Of a DNA stretch of 64,000 nt, positions 22,583 to 33,000 are shown one piece after another. Numbering within the stretch: the stretch's first letter is position 1; every line of letters begins with the position of its first letter. The stretch is from the NCBI GenBank assembly GCA_032654565.1, contig JAULAX010000015.1:480001-544000 (forward strand), written 5' to 3'. Origin of the DNA: Anaeromyxobacteraceae bacterium. GTDB taxonomy: Bacteria > Myxococcota > Myxococcia > Myxococcales > Anaeromyxobacteraceae. The translations under genes and the position numbers were made by a program. The notes beneath the pieces are model-generated. The model was not told where the DNA came from. It did no database searches and was given only the letters and a program-made list of their open reading frames with translations.

Positions 22583-23513
22583 GGTCGGGGGCCAGCGGCG
22601 CCTCGAAGCTGACCCGCTCGCCGCTGCGGGGGTGGGGCAGGGTGAGCCGCCAGGCGTGGAGCGCCTGCCGCTCGAGCCGCAGCGTGGCCCGGTCGGCGTC
22701 GGTCATCTCCTTCCTGGTGAAGCGGTCGAAGATCAGCTCGTCGGCGCCGTAGATCTTGTCGCCCACCACCGGCAGGCCGGCGTGGTGCAGGTGGGCGCGG
22801 ATCTGGTGCTGGCGGCCGGTCCGCGGGGCGCAGGCCAGCAGCGCCACCGCGGCGCCGCCGGGCGTCCGCCGCCGCCCCAGCACGGTGAAGCCGGTGGCCG
22901 AGGCCGACCCCTGGGGGTGGACGTGCATGCGCACCCGCACCTCGCTCTGCAGCGTCAGCTTGAGCGGCGCCTCCACCTCGAAGGCGTCGTCGGCGGGCCA
23001 GCCCTCGCAGAGCGCCAGGTAGCTCTTCTCCACCCGCCCCTCGGCGAAGGCGCGCTTCAGCTTCGAGGTCCACTCCGGCGCGGTGCCGCAGGCCACCAGG
23101 CCGGAGGTCTCGCGGTCGAGGCGGTGGGCCGGGTCGACCTTCCAGTCCGGGAAGCGGGCCTTGGCCAGCGCCGTGAAGGTGTGCTCGAAGTAGCGCGCCG
23201 TCGGGTGGATGGGCAGGCCGGCCGGCTTGTCGATCACCAGCAGGGCGCCGTCGTCGAAGACCACGCCGAAGCTCATGGGCGTCTCCGGCTCCGGCTCGGC
23301 CTCGCGCCAGAGCGAGAACTCGAAGCCGGTGGTGAGCACGGTCTCCGGCCCCACCGCGCTGCCGTCGGCGGTGTCGAGCCGCTCGGCGATGAGGAAGGCG
23401 GCCTTCTCGGGGTCGAGCCGGCGGAGCTTCTGCAGCAGGTAGGCGTCGAGCCGCCACCCGGCGTAGTTCCGCTCGACGACGAACCGGGCTCGGACGATGC
23501 GCGCCACGGTCAC
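22524..23513 (-). CDS. RluA-family pseudouridine synthase
   Basis: DKPAGL, HRLDRETSG, TGRQHQIR, GDKIY, LHA; the true start may be GTG at 23507. Confidence 0.92.
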   Translation of the reverse strand: MTVARIVRARFVVERNYAGWRLDAYLLQKLRRLDPEKAAFLIAERLDTADGSAVGPETVLTTGFEFSLWREAEPEPETPMSFGVVFDDGALLVIDKPAGLPIHPTARYFEHTFTALAKARFPDWKVDPAHRLDRETSGLVACGTAPEWTSKLKRAFAEGRVEKSYLALCEGWPADDAFEVEAPLKLTLQSEVRVRMHVHPQGSASATGFTVLGRRRTPGGAAVALLACAPRTGRQHQIRAHLHHAGLPVVGDKIYGADELIFDRFTRKEMTDADRATLRLERQALHAWRLTLPHPRSGERVSFEAPLAPDLKAFWEGCAIPPAPPGPAG

Positions 23514-23595
23514 CGCTATACCACCCTCACGGGACGCCGCCTCCAGGCGGAACCGCGTGTCAAGTCGGGCCCTTGCCGGGACCGGCCCGGGGCGG

Positions 23596-23624
23596 TTGAC
23601 GCGATCGATCGCAGCGCGTAGTTT
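23596..23624 (+). promoter_or_regulatory. sigma70-type promoter for the kdsB operon
   Basis: TTGACG-N17-TAGTTT. Confidence 0.6.
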
Positions 23625-23635
23625 CCAATCCCGGA

Positions 23636-26072
<2,437 letters not shown>

Positions 26073-26079
26073 GTCACAC

Positions 26080-26907
26080 ATGTCCCAGGTCCTCGCCCGC
26101 ATCGGCGGGTACGAGGTCGGCGACGGCAGGAAGCTCCTGCTCATCGCCGGCCCCTGCGTGCTCGAGAGCGAAGCCCACGCCCTGCTCCACGCCCGCAAGG
26201 TCAAGGCGCTGGCGGAGAAGCACGGCCTGCCGGTGGTCTTCAAGGCCAGCTTCGACAAGGCCAACCGCTCCAGCGGGAAGAGCTACCGCGGCCCGGGGCT
26301 GGAGGTGGGGCTGGCCGCCTTCGCGGCGGTCAAGCAGGAGACCGGCCTGCCCTGCACCACCGACGTCCACGAGAGCTGGCAGGCCGAGCCGCTCGGCAAG
26401 GTGGTCGACGTGCTGCAGGTGCCGGCCTTCCTCTGCCGGCAGACCGACCTGGTCATCGCCTGCGCCACCCACGGCCGGAGCGTCTCGGTGAAGAAGGGGC
26501 AGTTCCTCGCCCCCCGCGAGATGCGCCACGCCGTGCAGAAGTGCCGCGAGGCCGGCAACCAGAACGTCCTGCTGATGGAGCGCGGCTCCACCTTCGGCTA
26601 CGGCAACCTGGTGGTCGACATGCGCGGGCTGGTGCAGATGCGCCAGCTGGGCGTGCCGGTCTGCCTCGACGCCACCCACTCGGTGCAGCTCCCCGGCGGC
26701 AACGGCGACGTCACCGGCGGCGACCGGCAGTTCGTGGCGCCGCTGGCCCGGGCCGCGGCGGCGGTGGGCATCGACGCCCTCTTCATGGAGATCCACGAGG
26801 ACCCCTCGGTGGCCAAGAGCGACGGCCCCAACAGCCTCGACTTCGCCATCGCCGACCAGGTGCTGACCGAGGTGCTGGCGGTGCGCCGGGCGCTGGGGCA
26901 GCCGTGA
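26080..26907 (+). CDS. kdsA: KDO8P synthase
   Basis: AGPC, KASFDKANRSS, PAFLCRQTDL, DATHSVQ. Confidence 0.96.
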   Translation: MSQVLARIGGYEVGDGRKLLLIAGPCVLESEAHALLHARKVKALAEKHGLPVVFKASFDKANRSSGKSYRGPGLEVGLAAFAAVKQETGLPCTTDVHESWQAEPLGKVVDVLQVPAFLCRQTDLVIACATHGRSVSVKKGQFLAPREMRHAVQKCREAGNQNVLLMERGSTFGYGNLVVDMRGLVQMRQLGVPVCLDATHSVQLPGGNGDVTGGDRQFVAPLARAAAAVGIDALFMEIHEDPSVAKSDGPNSLDFAIADQVLTEVLAVRRALGQP

Positions 26908-27446
26908 CCTCGCACAAGCCGGCCTCGCGGGCCCGCATCTCGCCGCGGGCGCTGCTGGCCCGGGCGGCGCGCGTCCGGCTGGTGCTGCTCGACGTCGACG
27001 GCGTGCTCACCGACGGCCGGCTCTACTACGGCCCGGAGGGCGAGCTGATGAAGGCCTTCGACGTCAAGGACGGCCACGGCATCGTGCTGCTGCGCGACCA
27101 CGTCGACTTCGGCGTCATCTCCGGCCGGCCCGGCAGGGCCACCCAGCGCCGGCTCGAGGAGCTGCGCTTCAAGCACCTCATCTTCGGCCAGCTCGACAAG
27201 CTGGCCGGCTACGCCACCCTGGCCCACCTCGGCCTCGCCGACGACGAGGTGGCCTACATGGGCGACGACGTCAACGACCTGCCGCTGCTGCGCCGGGTCG
27301 GCCTCTCGGCGGCCCCGGCCGACGCCCGGCCCGAGGTCCGGGCCGCGGTCCACTTCGTGACCCGCGGGCTGGGCGGGCGCGGGGCGGTGCGCGAGCTGTG
27401 CGACCTGGTGGCGGCGGCGCGAGGTCTCCCGCAGGGTCACGGATGA
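26904..27446 (+). CDS. kdsC: KDO8P phosphatase (HAD family)
   Basis: DVDGVLTDG, GDDVND, GGRGAVRE. Confidence 0.93.
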   Translation: MTSHKPASRARISPRALLARAARVRLVLLDVDGVLTDGRLYYGPEGELMKAFDVKDGHGIVLLRDHVDFGVISGRPGRATQRRLEELRFKHLIFGQLDKLAGYATLAHLGLADDEVAYMGDDVNDLPLLRRVGLSAAPADARPEVRAAVHFVTRGLGGRGAVRELCDLVAAARGLPQGHG

Positions 27447-28373
27447 CGGCCCCGCTGGCCACCCGCCTGCGCCGGGGCGCCCGCTCGCTGGTGGTCACCG
27501 GGCTGCTGCGGCTGCTCTCGCTCATCCCGCTCGGCCCGGCGGTCCGGCTCGGGGCCTTCCTGGGCGGGCTGGCCGCCCGGCTCTTCGGCGGCACCCGCCG
27601 CCTGGCGCTGTCCCACCTGGCGCTGGCCTTCCCGGAGAAGTCGGCGGCGGAGCGGGAGGAGATCGCCCGGCGCATGTTCGTCCACCTCGGCATGTCGGCC
27701 ATGGAGATCACCTCGATCGGCTCCTTCGCCGACCGGGTCGAGGCCTACATGGAGCTCTCCCCGGAGGTGCTGCGGGGGGCGCTGGCCAAGGGGAAGGGGG
27801 TGGTCTTCGTCACCGGCCACCTCGGCAACTGGGAGCTGATGGCGCGGGCGGTGGCCAAGGTGGGGGCGCCGGTCTCGGCGGTGGCCAAGCGGGGCGGCGA
27901 CGCCCGGGCCATGAGGCTGATCGAGGGCTGGCGGGCGGAGGGGGCGGTCACCACGCTCTGGCGCGAGGACGCCTCGACGGCCCGGGCGCTGCTGCGGGTC
28001 TTCAAGGAGAACCGGGTGCTGGGGCTCCTCTGCGACCAGGACACCAACGTGCAGGGGGTCTGGGTGCCGTTCTTCGGCCGCCCGGCCTGGTCGCCGCGGG
28101 CCCCGGCCGACCTGGCGCTCCGCACCGGGGCGCCGATCCTGGTGGGGACCAGCCACCGGAAGGGGGAGCGGCCCGGCGACGGGTTCCTCTTCGAGGTGAC
28201 CGAGGTGGCCTACGACCCGAAGCCGGCCGACAAGGAGGCGGAGGTGCTCCGGATCACCGCCGCCTGCCAGGCGGTGCTGGAGGAGGCCATTCGCCGCCAC
28301 CCGGCCGACTGGGTCTGGATGCACGAGCGCTGGAAGACCCAGCCGCCGCCGCCCGCTCCCCCGTCCCAGGGTA
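27308..28373. repeat. left copy of a 1066-bp direct repeat (kdsC 3' end plus lpxL)
   Basis: Matches 36045-37110 at offset 8737; differences seen at 27562/36299 (G/C) and 28291/37028 (T/C). Confidence 0.95.
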
Positions 28374-28678
28374 GGCCGTTCCGCTCAGGGCGATTGGAGC
28401 GGGGGCCTGGCGGCGCCTGGGCGGGCGTCGATCGCCGCGCTGGGCGGAGGGTCCGGCAGTCCTTCACGGACACCCGCGGCCGCAACCTGCACTTTCGCGG
28501 CGCGATCGGCGCGGCCACCCAACCAGCGACCTGGCGGCGCAGCCGTCTCGACCGCGGGGCATGCCGCGAGGCCGGGGCGGACGAAATGAGCGAGGACCAT
28601 GGGTTCCTCCTTGACAGCCGCGCACGGGGGGGGGTAAGCGATCATTCTCACAACTCATGGTGCTGGGAGCACGGGTGA
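27443..28678 (+). CDS. lpxL: lipid A acyltransferase (LpxL/HtrB family), copy 1 with an aberrant read-through C-terminus
   Basis: GHLGNWE, DQD, PFFG, WVWMHERWK; diverges from copy 2 after PPSQG and reads about 100 extra codons into the island. Confidence 0.85.
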   Translation: MTAPLATRLRRGARSLVVTGLLRLLSLIPLGPAVRLGAFLGGLAARLFGGTRRLALSHLALAFPEKSAAEREEIARRMFVHLGMSAMEITSIGSFADRVEAYMELSPEVLRGALAKGKGVVFVTGHLGNWELMARAVAKVGAPVSAVAKRGGDARAMRLIEGWRAEGAVTTLWREDASTARALLRVFKENRVLGLLCDQDTNVQGVWVPFFGRPAWSPRAPADLALRTGAPILVGTSHRKGERPGDGFLFEVTEVAYDPKPADKEAEVLRITAACQAVLEEAIRRHPADWVWMHERWKTQPPPPAPPSQGRPFRSGRLERGPGGAWAGVDRRAGRRVRQSFTDTRGRNLHFRGAIGAATQPATWRRSRLDRGACREAGADEMSEDHGFLLDSRARGGVSDHSHNSWCWEHG

Positions 28679-28753
28679 ACCATGGTCCGACGGCAAGCGC
28701 GCCGACGGCCGTGAGCCCACATGTGAGCCGGGCCATGACCGAGGAGGCGATTC

Positions 28754-29362
28754 ATGGTGCGAGAGATCCTGCGGCTCCGCTGGCTCCACGTCGTGGCCGC
28801 CCTGTTCCTGGCGGCGACGGCGAGCGCCCAGGTTGCGCCGGCCGGGGGCGGCGCTGTGAGCAGCGCGACGACCACGGGGACGACATCCTCGGCTACGACG
28901 CAGGTGCAGGCGGCCGCTGCGCTGGTGACCTGTCCGCCCAAGCCGCCTGCAGACCCGTGCGAGCAGTTGACCTGCAAGGCGGGCGAGTGGGTCTCGAGCT
29001 TCAAGGCCAGGGGGTCGAAGTGCGGCCCCAGTGGGGATCCGTGCGCCTACGGGGGGACCTGCTCGGGCACTTCCTTCTTTTGCTCCAACCAGACAACCTA
29101 CTTCTGCAATCCGATCGGCCCGTGCTGGTCGGCCGCCTGCAACGGCACAGGTGGTTGCATCGACACACCTCTGCCCGCCGGTACCGCGACCAGTGCCTGC
29201 ACCGCCCGCGGGCCGTGCGATACCCCGGCGTGCAACGGATCTGGTTCGTGCGGCTATCCAAAGCCGGTCGGGACGCCGTGCGGCTACCACTCGGAGGAAA
29301 CTTCCCGCCCCAACCCGTGCGGTGATACCTGCGATGGTTGGAGCTACCGGTGCGGCCCTTGA
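28754..29362 (+). CDS. secreted Cys-rich repeat protein
   Basis: GAGGAGG RBS, signal peptide ending ASA-Q, Ser/Thr linker, 19 Cys in C..PC..C.G..C repeats. Confidence 0.8.
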   Translation: MVREILRLRWLHVVAALFLAATASAQVAPAGGGAVSSATTTGTTSSATTQVQAAAALVTCPPKPPADPCEQLTCKAGEWVSSFKARGSKCGPSGDPCAYGGTCSGTSFFCSNQTTYFCNPIGPCWSAACNGTGGCIDTPLPAGTATSACTARGPCDTPACNGSGSCGYPKPVGTPCGYHSEETSRPNPCGDTCDGWSYRCGP

Positions 29363-29364
29363 GG

Positions 29365-30024
29365 ATGGGCCCCTTGGTGGCCGGCATGGACCGCGGCAGC
29401 GCACTCGTCTGCGCTCTGGTTCTCGGGGGGTCCTTGGCCGGATGCCAGGACGCCGCGCCGCCGGCTCCGCCCCCGCCCATGGCCCAGGACCCCAGCTTGC
29501 GCGGTCAACTCTCCGCCCCGTTCGTCGTGTTCCGGGAGCAGGCGCTGGTGATCCCAGTCATCGGTGAGCCAGTGGCGGCGCCGGTCACGGTCGGGAGCCA
29601 GCCGACGCCGGACACGATTTGGAGCGATTCACCAGGAGTGGTGAGTGTGACGCCGGACGGGCGACTCCTGGCGCACCGGGAAGGCTCGGCCCGTGTCAGC
29701 GCTCGGAACGGTGGCCCGCCCCTGGAGATCCAGGTGAGGCTCTCGGCAGCGCCTCGCCAGGCTGGACGGGATCGCGCCGGTCAGACCGAGGAGGTCTCGC
29801 TCAGGGTGCATCCGAACCGCTCTGCGATCCGGCTGGGCGAGATCCAGGGCTTCCAGGCGCTGACCACGGCCGGACCGGTGCCCGCGGTCTGGTCGAGCTC
29901 CAATGAGCAGAAGATCGCGCACCTGCAGGATCACCTCTTCCAGGGACTCGAGCCTGGCCAGGCGCAGGTGTGCGCCCGCGCCAACGGGCGACGCGCCTGC
30001 ACCACCGTTGAGGTCACGCCATGA
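29365..30024 (+). CDS. lipoprotein with two Big_2-like (Ig-like group 2) domains
   Basis: LAGC lipobox; WSDSPGVVSVTPDGRL...GSARVSA and WSSSNEQKIA...GLEPGQAQVCA; start is 29365 or 29386. Confidence 0.72.
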   Translation: MGPLVAGMDRGSALVCALVLGGSLAGCQDAAPPAPPPPMAQDPSLRGQLSAPFVVFREQALVIPVIGEPVAAPVTVGSQPTPDTIWSDSPGVVSVTPDGRLLAHREGSARVSARNGGPPLEIQVRLSAAPRQAGRDRAGQTEEVSLRVHPNRSAIRLGEIQGFQALTTAGPVPAVWSSSNEQKIAHLQDHLFQGLEPGQAQVCARANGRRACTTVEVTP

Positions 30025-33000
30025 AGCACCTCTCAATGCCGTTCGCCTTCGCGGTCTGCGCGCTCCTCGCGTCTCCGGTCGCCGGCGACGCCCAGGGTCT
30101 CACCGTCGATGAGTCGACGGGTCTGGTTCGCTATGATTACCAGCTCGACCTGCCGCAGGCGCGCGGCCGGTACCAGCCGCGCCTCGGACTGGTCTCCAGC
30201 TCCGGCGACTGGCTCGCCTACCCGCTCGGCTGCCAGTTCCACAACACTGGCGTGGGCGCGACATGGTCGCTCAACTTGCCGGCCATTCGCCACGACGGCG
30301 GGGGCAGCAACGCGGCTTTGACTTACTACCAGCCCGGGAGAGGCGTCGCCTTGAAGTCGACGCTGCGCGACGGCTCAAGTCTCGTCGCGGAGGTCGAGGT
30401 CGGTTACCTGAAGGTGACGCGGAGCGACACGACCACCTTGGTGGCGGTGGACGCCACTGGCAACACCATGACCTTCAAGACGGCCAACCCGAGCTCGGCG
30501 GCGTATCCCTACCTGCTGAAGAGCGTCCAGGATCCGGACGGGAACGTGACCGCCTACACCTGGCTCGATGGCGCCGGGGCCAAGCTCGGCCGAATCGACT
30601 ACAACGCCTTCCTCGCTGGCGCGGCTGACAAGAGCAACACCTCGACCGTCGGCGACACCGGCAACTGGGGCACGAGCATCCTCCTCAGCTGGACGACGTT
30701 CAACGGGGGGTCGGTGCTCGACACGATCCAGGTCTCGGTCAAGTCCGTTCCTGGCGCCGTGAACCCGTCCACGGGGAAGATTGAGCCGATCGCAGCGATT
30801 GCCCGCCAGTACCAGATGACCTACGGCGCGACCGCCAACTACCCCAACTCCGGTGCCGCCAACGACACGTCGTTGGTTTCCATCACCGAATCGGGTCCGG
30901 CAGGAAGCACCGGGAACCTGGTGACGACATTTGACCGAACGCCCGAGGGCTGCATCAGATCGGTCACCTCCCCCTTGGGCGCCAAGCAGGAAGTCTACTA
31001 CCTATCGGCGGTGAGCTTCGGCGTTCCGGCGGCGAGCTACTATCCCGTCGCGAAGACCATGACGATCTCCGGACCGGCCCTGGCGTCCAGCATCATCGAG
31101 TACTGGTACGGTGGGCCAAAGACCGTGGGCACCGAGTACCGCGGCTTCCTCACCAGTACGATGCAGGACTCGGCCACCAGCATCGTGCGCCAGACAACCT
31201 GGAATCAGGGCTCGAAGCCGTTCGTGGGCTCGGCGGCCGCCGTGAAGGAGGGCACGATCTCGACCTTGGGATCGACCTACACGCCGCCCAGCATCGCGGC
31301 CTTTCGGACCACGACGTTCACTCGCGCGGCCAAGAGCATCGGCTCGGCCAATTGCACGGACTCGACGACCGAGGCCCCCGCGGGAGACTACCCGGTCATC
31401 CCCGTAGTCACGAGCGTCCTCGATCAGCGGGTCGTCGATCTCGTGACGCTGGGCAGCAAGCGCTCGACCACCTGCTCGAAGGTCGATGCGTGGGGTAACG
31501 CCGGAGAGGTGGTGCTCGATCCGGACACCAGCTACACCGGCGACGAGCTGACCACCACCACGACATATGTCGTGACCACCTCACCGAGCGCGGTTTGCAA
31601 GGACTGCGTCAAGAGCCGAGCCGCGGGGATCGGCACCAGCAGCACGCTCGACAGGACGGAGATCACCTACGACGCGGCCGGTCGGGTACAGCAGGTGCAG
31701 CGGCAGGCCCTGGCAACGCAGGGCGTCAGCCAGTTCCCGGTGGTGGCGGCATACACCTACGACGGCAACGGCAACCTGGCCACCAGGACCGAGGGCGGGA
31801 CCACGTACGCCTTCAGCTACGACGACTGGTTCCAGGCCCGCGTCGCGAAAGTGAGCGCGGTCGACGTGATGAGGCCGACGGGCAAGAAGCTCGTCACGGA
31901 GATGGTCTACGACGAGGCCGGCCGGCCTGCCCACGTCCTGGGGCCGTACTACGTGGCGGCAGACTACCCGGCCTCGCTCGTTCCCCACCGGTACCTCGCA
32001 TACGACGGCCTCGGGCGAATCATCGCCGTCGCCCGTCAGCCCTTCAGTGGCGTGGCCGTGGTGGGCGGGCTGGCTGCCTTTTCCTACCAACCGTTCGACC
32101 CTGCGCTGCCAACCGTTCCAGCGTCGGTCACGACCTATCAGTTCGCCGTGGCCAAGGGCTTCAGTCTTGGAGCGCCGCCGGCCACCGGGGACGCCCGCCA
32201 GGTGACGACCTTCCTCGACGGCCTGGGCCGCGCAATCCAGACCAGGGAGCGGCTCGGCGGTGCGGGGGCAGACCCGGCCTCCTCTATAGTGGAGGCCCTG
32301 CTGACCGCCTCCGGAAGCAACTACCTTGTCAGCGGTACGGTGCTGCTGGACGGCGCGGGCAGGACTCGCGCGACGCTGGCGCCCTACTTCAGCGCCAGCG
32401 GCTCGTATCGTGACCCCGGATCCGCCAGCTATGCCGCTGGAAGCGAGGCGGTCAAGGGGCCGGTCCAGGCGACCTGGTTCCAGCGGGACACCCAGGGGCG
32501 TGTGACGTGTAGTACCGTTCGGGTCGTGACGGGGATGCTGTCCGCCTCCGGGCCGGGCTCCTGCGCCTCGTCCTTCCTGGAGGACGGGACCTATGCGCGG
32601 GCGACCAAGACCATCTACCGAGGCACCACCCTGGATGGCCGATCCGTCCTCGGGGTGAAGACGGTGGAGCCGCGCTTCACGGCCACCACGGACTACGCGT
32701 CCGTGGGTTCCGAGGTCTTCGTCGATGCTGCCGGCAACGTGCGGCGGGTCCAGGACGCCGAGGGCAACCGGATCAACTACCTCTTCGACGCGCTCGGCCG
32801 CGCCACCGGGACCAGCCGGGAAGCCCCCGGCAGCACCCGGGCCACCATCATTAGCAGCGTCGCCCTGGACATGATGGGGAGAGTGAGCGCGCGAACGGAC
32901 CCGAACACGGGCGGCCGGACGTTCACTTACGACGCGACGACGCCTGGGCTGCTTGCCTCGGTAAAGTTCAACAAGAGCAACGAAGAGATCCGGTATGGCT

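Noticed and set aside
28650..28745. Riboswitch in the island's 5' leader
   Set aside because: No recognisable aptamer consensus
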